From contig CM059431.1 in the NCBI GenBank assembly GCA_030390025.1, positions 115,384,001 through 115,448,000 of the forward strand: 64,000 nt of DNA. Reading direction: 5' to 3'. The stretch comes from Squalus acanthias (Eukaryota). Below the pieces are notes generated by a model. The model did no database searches. It worked only from the letters and a program-made list of their open reading frames with translations, and had not been told where the DNA came from. Positions within the stretch are counted from its first letter, which is position 1; every line of letters starts with the position of its first letter. The translations under genes and the position numbers were made by a program. Below are positions 38,487 to 50,322 of this stretch, in pieces.

Positions 38487-38795
38487 ATTGTCTACATTAG
38501 ACCCCCTGTGACCCCACCTCATTGTCTCAGTTGTATCTTGCTATGTCTTTGATGTGGTGCCTTCCTGGCTGACCTGAATGTTTCTCTGCCGAGGTGTGAT
38601 GAAAGACAGTCAGATAGATTAACTGTAGTCGTCTGAGATTGTACGCTACACAGGCATTGTTCTCTGACTATATATGCTTTGCCGATTCGTATTCCTTCAC
38701 TTCACCTGACGAAGGGGCAGCAGCTCCGAAAGCTTGTGATTTCAAATAAAACTGTTGGACTATAACCTGGTGTTGTGCGACTTCTCACTTTTTTC
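38487..38795 (+). mobile_element. Penelope-type terminal-repeat fragment carrying a hammerhead motif (family 1)
   Basis: TATATA box, hammerhead fold, AATAAA, then CTGTTGGACTATAACCTGGTGTTGTGCGACTTCTCA shared with 50188-50322. Confidence 0.7.
38702..38739 (+). ncRNA. Minimal hammerhead ribozyme-like motif
   Basis: TCAC-CTGACGA-A-GGGGC agca GCTCC-GAAA-GCTT-GTGA. Confidence 0.78.
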
Positions 38796-39979
38796 CCTAT
38801 GTTCTGCTTTCATTTTATGAGGCTGAGGTGAACAGAAGAACTCGGAAACCCGGACTGAACTCCCAGTTACACCAATCCGCAGAATCAATTGATCAGCTCA
38901 GCCACCATTCGAGGAACTTATATACAAGAGGATGCAGATCACTGATTGCAGGACAGACAGAGCAGCTTGTTGTTGTTACTGCACATAGATAACCTAACTC
39001 TGATCAAACTGGTCCAAAGTCCTTTCCTTCTTTCTACAAGCATAACCAGAATTTCCGCCACACTCCTGACAAAGTTACGACGGTGCAGCAGCAGGAAGTC
39101 CAAGAAAATTCAGGGCCTTTATTGTCCTTTGAAAATATTTGGCCTAGAAATGGATTGCGCCCAAATTGTGGGCGATCCCGGTGTAGCGCAGGCTGCACGG
39201 GTCTGAAGAGGCTGGTGGCAGGACCAGGGCAAATTGGTCCGCCGGCCTCATTGATTCATTGACCGGTGTTCTGTGGGCGCCAGTCGTGGCCCTAGAGGCA
39301 GCTCGCCAGTCGCGGATGGGAGCGAATTTGGCCAGCTCGGACGCCAGTCGAGGTCATTGGCGGAGTATGGGGGAGGGGCAATCAGGAGGGGGAGTGAGTG
39401 GTGGCTGATAGCGGCCCAGCGATTTAATGTGGAGCCAGGAGGAACACTGCTGCTTTGGCCGGCTCAACAATGAGGTAAGTAAAAAAGTGAAAAAACTGAC
39501 CTTTCGTGAGGCAGCCTCTAGCGATCCCTTTAAGTGTTGCTGGTTTTGGCCGCTGAAGAATCTGACTGCAGAATGCATGGCGCATATTGCGGTAAGTCGC
39601 AATCTGCAAAGGGTGTTTCAAACAGACGTTAGGCCCTCTATTTACATATGCAAAAGAGCTAATGCCTGTTTCAAGCATGCGCCCTGGATGCCTGCGGAGG
39701 AGCTCTAACCAATATGGCGGGCTTTCTGATTTCTTTCCCCTGACTGCACTCTTCCACCCTTGGAAGGTTCTTTTGACTCAAATTTAGTTGGGTATTTTTC
39801 TCCTTCCAATCTTCTGCCCTCTTTTCTTTGAGGTGTTGACTCTTGTGGGCACACTAAAAGCCTTCTGGTAACTTGTCAAAGTGGACATTCTTCATTTGTG
39901 AGCATTAGGGATAGCACAAGAACCAAGTGTGATCCTGTCTTCATGCAACATCCATATGTGCACACTTTCAAATAGTTAA

Positions 39980-40070
39980 GGGTTATCGAGCTGAAACGTT
40001 AACTCTGTTTCTCTCTCCACAGATGCTGCCTGAACTGCTGAGTATTTCCAGCATTTTCTGCTTTTATTTC
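39980..40070 (+). repeat. Degenerate copy of the 16484 short repeat (hammerhead 5' core lost)
   Basis: CTGAAACGTTAACTCTGTTTCTCTCTCCACAGATGCTGCCTGA..GAGTATTTCCAGCATTTTCTG matches 16507-16585; a further degenerate minus-strand copy at ~26385-26455. Confidence 0.7.
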
Positions 40071-41160
40071 AAATACGTAAGGATTGGGCTCGACTGTGAT
40101 ACTCAGCTTTATTGATTAACCTATCAAGATTCACTACTGAAATTCATAACTTAAGAATGACAATTTGAGGTATCAGAGAACATCAAATCCTGTGGAACAG
40201 GACATGATCAATTGGGAAAAAACGACAAAGAGAAATACTAGACTGTCAGATTTTTGATAATAATGAAACTTGAGTAAATTCTATGGCATGATAGATTTGA
40301 TTTCTGTACTTAATATCATGCTAAAGCACATCTTTTTATGGTTGAGATAATTCATATGCTACTACTAAGGGAAATAATTGCAGGACTGTGAGGAAAGAGC
40401 AGGGGAGTGGGACTAATTGGATAGCTCAAAGAGCTGGCACAGGCGTCCTTCTATGCTGTATGATTCTATGATTCCACTTTCTGGTCTGATACTTCTGTAG
40501 TATTGGTTGCTATGGCAATCATGCTACACTACCTAGGCAATGTTACTGCATATAACATTGTCTTAAAATATGAAATGGGTGACCATGTACACTAAATATT
40601 ACAGGATTCTTTTTTCTAACATCCTAATGGGAGCATTTTCCCAGGAGGGGGTTGCATGTAAATGCAAGTTGTTAAGTTGTTGTATGAACTTATCAGATTT
40701 CAGTTTGACTAAAAGGTTACCAAAGTTCAGAAGTTTTCCGACTGCTGGGATGTTAGTCAGTATCATAGGCTTACCTGGATTCTCCAGGCTTTTCTGGTTA
40801 ACGTTGATCTTTGAGGCATGATGATAATTTTCATCATTTCTATTAAAAATACACCAGTCAATGACTTATCTTCACTCCCACTATGTTCTTCATTTAGCTA
40901 TCTACGTCCACCTCTGTTCCTCAATTATTCTGAAATTCCTGAAATGTCCAGAAAATTCATGGGCCTTAATTTAGAAGTAACAATGCTAATCTAGTTCTCT
41001 AAGTAATGGATTTATGACTATTAAAGTTAGATAGACAAGAATCTAGATGCACCATAATATCCAAAGCTACTATTAAAAAAAAACGAATGATAAAGTTCTG
41101 GTATAGATTACCTCAGAGACATCCAACTAATATTTCACACTTAAGATTTTTTCTTTCCAA

Positions 41161-41597
41161 TCATAGAAACATAGAAACTAGGAGCAGGAGTAGGCCATTC
41201 GGCCCGTCGAGCCTGCTCCACCATTCAATACGATCATGGCTGATCATCCAAATCCAGTACCCTGTCCCTGCTTTCTCACACAGAATCCCCACATCGAGCC
41301 TGCACCTATCCCACCCTATCCCCGTAACCCCACGTATTAAATTCCCCCTAACATATCCCATCCTATCCCCATAACCCCACATATTTAATCCCCCCCTAAC
41401 ACTAAGGGTCAATTTATCATAGCCAAATCAACCTAACCCGCACATTTTTGGACTGTGGGAGGAAACCGGAGCACCCGGAGGAAACCCACGCAGACACGGG
41501 GAGAATGTGCAAACTCCACACAGAGTCACCCGAGGTCAGATTCGAACCCGGGTCCCTGGCGCTGTGCAGCACCAGTGCTAACCACTATGCCACCGTT
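41161..41597 (-). mobile_element. HE1/V-SINE-like SINE
   Basis: Reverse complement highly similar to 2412-2830. Confidence 0.88.
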
Positions 41598-41835
41598 CTG
41601 CCCTCAATCCTATTTTCCCATCAATTTTTTCCACTTTATTCCTACTCTTCTGTGGTGACTCATTCTGGGGTATGATTCTGGGCATCAGTAGTCTTCTGTT
41701 ACCTTATTCAAGTGACCATTCTTCAGTGTATGAGCCAGGACTGTGAGTCTTGACAGAGCATTTAACTGTCAGTACCAATACAATTAAACCCAATTCCGTT
41801 GACATCCAGGGTCCCCACACACTCATGCGCACGTG

Positions 41836-41841
<6 letters not shown>

Positions 41842-41875
<34 letters not shown>
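41842..41875. repeat. (CA)n microsatellite
   Basis: Visible perfect CA run. Confidence 0.95.
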
Positions 41876-41877
<2 letters not shown>

Positions 41878-41878
<1 letters not shown>

Positions 41879-42385
41879 TGGTTAGGCCTCAGCTGGAGTA
41901 TTGTGTCGAATTCTGGGCACTAAAGGTTGGGGATGACGTCAACGCCATGGAGAGGGTGCAGAGGAAATTTACCAGAATGATACCAGGAATGAGGAAATGT
42001 GGAGAGGCTAGAGAAGCTGGGATTGTTCTCCTTAGAACAGAAAAGGTTAAGGGGAGATTTAATTGAGGTGTTCACAATTATTAGGGGTTTTGATAGATCA
42101 AATAAGGACAAGCTGTTTCCACTGGCAGGCAGACCGGCAACTAGAGGACACAGATTTAAGATAATTGGCAAAAGAACCAAAGGAGAGATGAGGAGAATTG
42201 TTTATGCAGCGAGTTTTGATGATCTGGCTGCACTGCGTGAAATTGTGGTGGAAGCAGATTCAATAGTAAACTTTCAAAAGGAAATTGGATTCATACTTAA
42301 AAAGGAAGAGTTAGCAGAACTATGGGGAAAGAGCAGGGGAGTGGGACCAATTGGATTGCTGTGCTGTAAGATTCTGTAAATTTAT
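41878..42385 (+). mobile_element. CR1 3' fragment
   Basis: LVRPQLEYCV, RLEKLGLFSLEQKRLRGDLIEV, TRGHRFK. Confidence 0.85.
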
Positions 42386-42944
42386 GATATCCAATGAGGG
42401 GGTGGCAGAGGGGGGCGGGGGGGGGGGGTGGTGGTCACTGAATAGAGATCAGAAGCAGGCTTATTTTCACCTCCCCAGGCCAAGCACAATGAGACCAATT
42501 GCTATGCCCTTAGTTGCCACTCCAGCTCAGATCAGCTAACTCAAATGTAGGACCTTTTTAACCTGTACAGCTCAGTTCCACATTGAGTAGTGCAGCAACC
42601 ACCCGACCTCTCAAGAAGAGACAATGAGGCTCCTTTAATTTAAAATTACTTGCTTGATGTGCTCTTTACGTTTCATTGCCACTTCAATCTGATGCTCCAT
42701 TGATCCCCCACTCCCCCAATCTTTTCAACATTCCTTTTCTGCCAATAAGCAACACGATTATCGCTAGCAGGTTGCCACCTGTATTTAAATGAAGCCTGAT
42801 TGTGAAAATCATTGGGCCGCCCACTGACATCATTGGTTGGCGGATGGGGCAACCTGCCCATCGCCCGCTTGGTATACAGCAGAAACCAAAATTGACACCA
42901 CATATGCAGTTCCTAAAATGTCCTTAAGGACTTGCCCACACTTC

Positions 42945-44719
42945 GGCTGCGATTTTATCGATCGATGAAGCTTGGGAGCGGGTCAGCTGGTTTCCGGGTT
43001 CCAGTCCCGCCCCCAACTTCATCCGGCCCACGGACGTGATTTTACGCCCATTGACCTTGTTAAGCCCGCCTTGTGGGCTTGCCGGCCAATTAAGAAGAAG
43101 CCGGTCAGATGACGTAATTTGATGATGCGTCATCTGCCGGTTTTCTTAAAGGAACCACGCACATTTTTTCTTTGACAGCTCATTTCTCAGTGTTTGACAA
43201 CATTGAGGTGCTACAAACACTGACAATGACTATTCACAGGTGAGTTCTTGCACCCAGGCTCTCCAGTGACTCCCTCCTTAGGCTAGAACAGATGGCAGCT
43301 GCAGGTGAGGTTACAGAAGCGATCTGTCACTGGTGAGAGGGGTTCTCCCAATGAGGTGGGACTAGACAGCCAATTCAAAACTTCTTACCTACAGAAAAGT
43401 CTAAGGGGGAAAAATTCAGTATCACCCCGTTTGGGGCGCAATTATCGGCCGGGCGCAAAGATTAGCGCCTGGCGCTAATTATCGCCTCCGACTGCAAACT
43501 TGACTTTTATCGCCCCTGGAGGTGATTGGAGCGCTAAATCAGGCGCTACACATCTGTCTTAAGGCGCAAAGGCCGAGGAGCGAGTCGCTACCTCAGAGCG
43601 CTGGCGAAGCTCATGTGATGTCAGTCAGCAATGGAACACAGACACAATGGCGCCGGCCAGTTCTTAAAGGGGAGGGTTGATCTTGCTTTCCATCCACATC
43701 CTGCTCATTGCAGCTTTGAATCTCGGCCTGGAGAGACCTGTACATCAAATCTGCTGGAAAGAACAATGGAGAGAACCAGGGAAAGAGCTCAGAGTGCAAC
43801 CCCCACAGTCTCTTCTAAATCGATACAAGGAAGGGCAAATCAAAATGAACCTGCAAAGTGCTGCTCAGTATCCAAAACTCCTTCACACAGCGTTGAATCT
43901 CTCTAGAAGTCTCTCTCTCTCTCTCTCTCTCAGAATGCGTGGTTCAAAAATGTCACCAACAAAAAAAGGCAGGAAGCGGTCGCCTATAAATAGCGCTCCC
44001 CCAGTCCCTTCCTGACTGCAAAACGCTCCCCTCAACCTGTCGTTGCTAGCGGCAGGCGGTAAGGCAGGGGGCGCCACTCAATATCTGCTCCGTGGCGCTA
44101 CCGGGGCATTGCACACTCGACTGACGTCACGATCTGCCGGCACAGGAGATTGTGGTGGTAGTGTTTAGCGCTGCCGCAAAATGTCTAGTTAATTTCGCGA
44201 GCAGTGCAAACATCGCCGCGCCCGGGCGCTAGTTGCTTTGTGCCCCATTAGCGCCCCCTTAAGGCGCTAACGGGAGGCGCAACCAACTGAATTTTCCCCC
44301 CTAAATTCATTAAAAATGCATTTCCCAACATTTCCTTACCTCTGAAACTCACCAGTGCACCATTGGATCCTTCACACCACTTCTGCAGCTGTCATCAATG
44401 CAGAAACATTACAGCAGACTCACAACACGCCACACTTACCTGGTGTTATGTCCAGATGTCGGGAAGCCTGAGTGGAAGTGTTAAAATTGCAAAAGAGTCT
44501 GTTACCTGCCTGTTAACAGCCTTTAACAGGCAGTTAAGTGGTTATAATCCTCTTCCCGCCGCTAGGTGTCGGGTCCATGCGCAAATCGGGGACCCGACAC
44601 TTGGGAAGATTGATTGGAGGTGGGTTGACAGCGGGTTTCCTGCCCGCTGTCAATCTTTGCGATTTTGCCAGATGTCCCGCCTCCAAACCCGCCCCCTGAG
44701 CACCGGCAAAATTCCGGCC
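42945..44719. mobile_element. Non-autonomous Harbinger derivative (outer element)
   Basis: TIRs GGCTGCGATTTT / reverse complement GGCCGGAATTTT; TSD TTC on both sides; left part resembles 56019-56340, right end resembles the left end of element C. Confidence 0.7.
43405..44301 (-). mobile_element. Harbinger MITE (897 bp), internal-deletion derivative of the 62223 family
   Basis: 16-bp TIR GGGGGAAAAATTCAGT with 1 mismatch; TSD TAA (43402-43404, 44302-44304); right end matches 62223-62540; keeps the Myb gene start MERTRERAQ at 43766. Confidence 0.92.
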
Positions 44720-44831
44720 TTCTTCTCTCCTCCCCAACTTAAAAAGTTACGCAAGAGCATGGTATTGGGTAAGTGGTGATTAAACTGCTGCAGGACCAAA
44801 ATGGAGGAGGTGCAGGAGGACTTGAGCCATT

Positions 44832-45290
44832 TGTCAGCTGTGGCTCAGTGGGGAGCACTCTCACCTTTGACTCAGATAGGTCGTGGGTTCAAGTCCCACT
44901 CCAGAGAATTGAGCACAAAAATCTAGGCTGACACTCCAGTGGAGTGCTGCACTGTCGGAGGTGCTACCTTTTGGATGAGATGTTAAACCGAGACCCTGTC
45001 TGCTCTCTCAGGTGGACGTAAAAGATCCCATGGCAGTATTTCGAAGAAGAGCAGGGGAGTTATCCCTGGTGTCCTGGCCAATATTTATCCCTGAATCAAC
45101 ATAACAAAAACAGATTATCTGGTCATTATCACATTGCTGTTTGTGGGACCTTGCTGTGCGCAATTGGCGGCCACATTTCCTACATTACAACAGTGACTCC
45201 ACTTCAGAAGTACTATATTGGCTGTAAAGTGTTTTGGGACATCCGGTGGTCGTGAAAGGTGCTATATAAATACAAGTCTTTCTTTTTTTC
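44832..45290 (+). mobile_element. DeuSINE (SacSINE1-like), full length
   Basis: Colinear with other copies; T-rich tail to ~45335. Confidence 0.85.
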
Positions 45291-46236
45291 TTTTCTTTCT
45301 TTTCCTTCCTTTCTGTTTTTTTTTCTTTCTTTCTATTTTTCCTCACTGCCTTTGACTTCACTCTCAACATCTTCACAGCTTACAGTGACAGTCAGGTAAG
45401 GCAGAAATCATGCCTGGTGCTTCTGATACCTGGAAAGTCATAAAAAATCTTTAAGTCTGATGCAACATGTTTGGTGGCAAGCAGGAACCAAATCATGCAT
45501 TCAGCTGGTTCCCGCCTGCTGCTATAAATGGAGCATTATACCACAGATACAGCATGAAGCCACTATTAGGTTTCCACACACCACACTACTTTACAGACCA
45601 TAAAACAGGACAGCATAAGGACACTAAACACTAACTACAAAATTATGAACTCCACCAAATCCACAAGGGAATGCAGAAGAATGTAAAACATTTCTATGGG
45701 GGTCATTTTAAAACTTAATTCGGGTTGGTGCTGTACTTGATCTTCCAACCATTTAAAGTAACGACCTTTAAAATTGTACCCTAAATTTTGATGTCAGCAT
45801 TCGTCAGGTGAAGCTCCCTGCTGGGAGTGCCAATTCAGAGAATTGCCCTTTATTTCCCACGCTCTTGGATGTTATTTAGTGTGATTTATCTTCTCCTGTT
45901 ATCAGCTCCACTTGAAAATTGAGAAGTGGTGAATTGCATCATTCTGGCAACAGTGGATTTTGGTGGGTCCTGATCTGCCAGCTCCACGTCTGCCTGGTGT
46001 CGGATGGAGAACAGTGCTGGGTGGGAGTGTAAAGGTGAGGTAATGGCCTTAGATACAGCTACTTTGATGCAATTAGAACCGCAAAGTAAAAGCTCCTGTG
46101 GCCCTAATGTTAAATGGGGTGGGAAGGGTGCACACGAGCTCTGAAGTGGGCAGCGAACCCGGAGAGTCTGGGGACCATTTTAACGGCTGGGCCTTATTAA
46201 CATAAATTTTCCCGTTGAGCTTGAAGTGTAAATGTG

Positions 46237-46575
46237 TCACCATGTGCACAGTAGGAGCTTGGGGGACTTTACACTAAAAGGGCTGAGATGTATCATTATC
46301 ATTAGAGGAGTGTTAGGAACATCTGATAGCTCCAGTGCTTTTGGCAAAATTTGTTTCCTTGGGGTGTTGAGAAGCAATGGTGTTGCTTTCACAAATGTAG
46401 TTTTCTCTGGACTAATATTTTGATATATGAAAATCTTGATCTCCACATTAAATTCTATTGTCTCAACATCTTTGGACAGATTGATGGTTCTTTTATTGTT
46501 GAAATTTGAACACTTGCTAAAGCTAGAATGTGCAGGGTTCCACCGAAACCGTGCCTTCCATACACATTTAAAAAC
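46237..46575 (-). pseudogene. Possible ancient L1/Tx1 ORF2 linker fragment
   Basis: Stop-free frame WKARFRW..NNKRTIN..EIKIFIYQNI..ILPK..NTPL..KSP; motif order resembles the L1/Tx1 region upstream of KSPGPDG. Confidence 0.35.
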
Positions 46576-46589
46576 AAAAATTATTTTTA

Positions 46590-48112
46590 TTTGTTTATGG
46601 GATGTGGGTGTCGCGTTAAGGCCGGCATTTATTGCCCATCCCTAATTGCCCTTGAGAAGGTGGTGGTGAGCTGCCTTCTTGAACTGCTGCAGTCCGTGTG
46701 GTGAAGGTACTCCCACAGTGCTGTTAGGGAGGGAGTTCCAGGATTTTGATCCGGCGACGATGAAGGATCGGCGATATATTTCTGAGTCAGGATTACATGT
46801 GACTTGGAGGGGAACTTGGAGGTGGTGGTGTTCCCATGCGTCTGCTGCCCTTGTCCTTCTAGGTGGAAGAGGTCGCGGGTTTGGGAGGTGCTGCCGAAGA
46901 AGCCTTGGCGAGTTGCTGCAGTGCATCTTGTAGCTGGTACACACTGCAGCCACGGTGCGCTGGTGGTGGAGACAGTGAATGTTTAAGGTGGTGGATGGGG
47001 TGCCAATCAAGCAGGCAGCTTTGTCCTGGATGGTGTCGAGCTTCTTGAGTGTTGTTGGAGCTGCACTCATCCAGGCAAGTGGAGAGTATTCCATCACACT
47101 CCTTACTTGTGCCTTGTAGATGGTGGAAAGGCTTTGGGGAGTCAGGAGGTGAGACACTCGCTGCAGAATACCTAGCCTCTGACCTGCTCTTGTTGCCACT
47201 GTATTTATGTGGCTGGTCCAATTAAGTTTCTGGTCAATGGTGACCCCCAGGATGTTGATGGTGGGGGATTCGGCGATGGTAATACTGTTGAATGGTTAGA
47301 CTCTCGCTTGTTGGAGATAGTCATTGCCTGGCACTTCTGTTGCGCGAATGTTACCTGCCATGTTGTCCAGGTCTTGTTGCATGTGGGCATGGACTGCTTC
47401 ATTATCTGAGGAGTTGTGAATGGTGCTGAACACTATGCAGTCATCAGCGAACATCCCCATTTCTGACCTTATGTTGGAGGGAAGGTCATTGATGAAGCAG
47501 CTGAAGATAGTTGGGCCAAGGACACTGCCCTGAGGAACTCCTGCAGCGATGTCCTGGGGCTGTGATGATTGACGTTCAACCACCACAACCATCTTCCTTT
47601 GTGCTAGGTATGACTCCAGCTAGTGGAGCATTTTTCCCCCCGATTCCCATTGACTTCAGTTTTACTAGAGCTCCTTGATGCCACACTCGGTCAAATGCTG
47701 CCTTGTTGTCAAGGACAGTCACTCTCACCTCACCTCTGGAATTCAGCTCCTTTGTCCATATTTGGACCAAGGCTGTAACGAGGTCGGGAGCCGAGTGGTC
47801 TTGGCGGAACCCAAACTGGGCATCCGTGAGCAGGTTATTGGTGAGTAAGTGCTGCTTGATAGCACTGTCGATGACACCTTCCATCACTTTGCTGATGATT
47901 GAGAGTAGACTGATGGGGCGGTAATTGGCCGGGTTGGATTTGTCCTGCGTTTTGTGGACAGGACATACCTGGGCAGTTTTCCACATTGTCGGATAGATGC
48001 CAGTGTTGTAGCTGTAGTGGAACAGCTTGGCAAGAGGGGCAGCTCGTTCTGGAGCACAAGTCTTCAGCATGATAGCCGGGATGTTGTCGGGGCCCATAGC
48101 CTTTGCTGTATC
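46590..48112 (-). mobile_element. LINE family B, 5'-truncated RT part
   Basis: KAMGPDNIP, YRPISLLS, GVPQGSVLGP, MFADD, YKAQVRSVMEY; intact 3' tail. Confidence 0.9.
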
Positions 48113-50187
48113 TGTTGGCTCACAGACAGCTCGTTTTATTTTCATTTTTCTGAAGATTTGTCAGCTTTTGGCACTGATCGTGCAAGGAAGGAGCTGAGAT
48201 GTTCCAGGTTGCAGTGTATTTACATTTCCAGCACTTTTATGAAGTTACTGCTCCCCATCCCCACTCCTCTCTACAACTCTGGGCCAAGGTGGTTTAACCA
48301 GCTAAAAATCATCACAATGTTGTTTTTAAAAAAGTTTTACCGTTAGGGCAAAATCTGGGACGGATAATTCTGAGGAAGAGGGGCAATTCTGTCGTTGTGC
48401 AGTAACTCTGTGGTGAATTTTATGGCCACAAAATTGCGGAAAAGTAGTAGGAGCATTGGTTATAATATGTGATTTAGTCACTTATGTGTTACTGGCAGGA
48501 TTTACATGCTGTGTAACGGTCATCGCAGGCTGGAATACCTGTGGTATTCTTCTCTACAGGGTAGATTTAATGAATTAGTGCTCCTAATACAAAGTTGAAC
48601 ATGATGCTCAGCACCAGAAATGATCAGCACCAGAATCTATCCCTTCTAGTGTATTCCCCAATAGTTTCTTATTTTAACGCCCTGTTCCCCTTAGCCTGTC
48701 CTTTGGTTGAGGGCCTGTTCCCCAAACCAGTGTTGCATGTTTCATTTGCCCAGTCTCATTGGCCTTGATATTAACCCTCCCACGTCAGGCGGGAGAGGGT
48801 CGGGGAGGGGGTTAAAAATGTAAAAAAAACGGGAAACATAAGAACATACATAAGAACATAAGAAATAGGAGCAGGAGTTGGCCATTTGGCCCCTTGAGCC
48901 TGCTCCGCCATTCAATGAGATCATGGCTGATCTTCTACCTCAACTCCATCTTCCCGCACTATCTCCATGCCCGATTTTCCCAGCCCTGAGGAGGCGGGTT
49001 TGGAGGCGGGACAGTTGGTATAATTGCAAAAATTGAGTGTGGGTTCGGAACCCGCCTCCAACCCGCCTCCGCATAACTTTGCCGGAGGCGGGCTTCAGGA
49101 GTGCGATTCGGTCCCGCCTCCAAGAGGCGGGATAGGCAGTTAAGACCCTTAACAAGCGCTTAAGGGCCTCAATAATCCTATTTTGACAGGCCTTTGATAT
49201 TTTGCCACATTTACAGCGTGTTGTACGCCGCTCCTATACCACGCCGGCTAATCCTGGCGGGTTGACAAGTGGCTGGCCTCCTCACAGCTGCAGCTCCACC
49301 ATAAAAACGGAGCTTTCAACAGGGATGAGTTGGAGGTGGCAGAACTTTTGTTGCACAGGTCTTTGAGCAGTTTTTCCAGGCCTACTGAAGTCAGAGGTGG
49401 TGCAGCTGAGATCTATCTACTTTGGAACCTCCTGGGAAAACCCTCTCCCCACTTGGACTGAGCGCTTCCCCAACGGAGGTATCTACCAGCAGCATGGGAA
49501 ACATTTATTTCCTTTCATCGTGGCCCTCAGATTCGGATGAAGAGCAGCCGCGGCAGCAGCAGAACCAGGCAGAACAGCAGCAACAGCAGCAGGAGTGCCA
49601 ACCTGCTGCTCACCCACCTGATGGTGCACAGGGCAGAAGGCGCCAGCGCATGGCAGCACGTCGCTGCAGGTGATACCCCCCTCTCAGGGTTTACCGACAG
49701 AGGATGAGCTTTCTCAACATGAGTGAGCAGCAGTGCCAAAGGAGGTTTGTTGGAGACATCTGCGCACTGCTGCACCAACACCTGGAGCCCAGAGGATCCG
49801 GTGGACACCCCTTACCAGTGGCTGTCAAAGTCACCACCGCACTCAACATTTTTGCTTCAGGCTCCTTCCAGGGATCATCAGCAGACATGTGAAGAGGCTT
49901 CAAGGGGATCTCGACAGGCTCAGTGAGTGGGCAAGAACATGGCAGATGGAATATAATGTGGATAAATGTGAAGTTATCCACTTTGGTCGAAAAAACAGAA
50001 AGGCAGAGTATTTCCTAAATGGTGAAAGATTGGGGAATGCAGATGCTCAAAGGGACCTAGGTGTCCTTGTACATGAGTCACTGAAAGTGAATGTGCAGGT
50101 GTAGCAAGTCATTAGGAAGGCAAATGGTATGCTGGCCTTCATTACAAGAGGATTTGAGTACAGGAGTAAAGAAGTCTTACTCCAATT

Positions 50188-50322
50188 GCTAACTTACCTG
50201 ACGAAGGAGCGATAGCTCCGAAAGCTTGTAAAATTAAATAAATCTGTTGGACTATAACCTGGTGTTGTGCGACTTCTCATTTTTGTCCACCCCAGTCCAA
50301 CGCCGGCATCTCCACATCATGA
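50188..50322 (+). mobile_element. 135-bp Penelope-type hammerhead-bearing insertion
   Basis: Interrupts the CR1 sequence; CCAATT duplicated at 50182-50187 and 50323-50328; homologous to 38700-38795. Confidence 0.85.
50194..50231 (+). ncRNA. Minimal hammerhead ribozyme-like motif
   Basis: TTAC-CTGACGA-A-GGAGC gata GCTCC-GAAA-GCTT-GTAA; perfect stems I and II. Confidence 0.8.
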
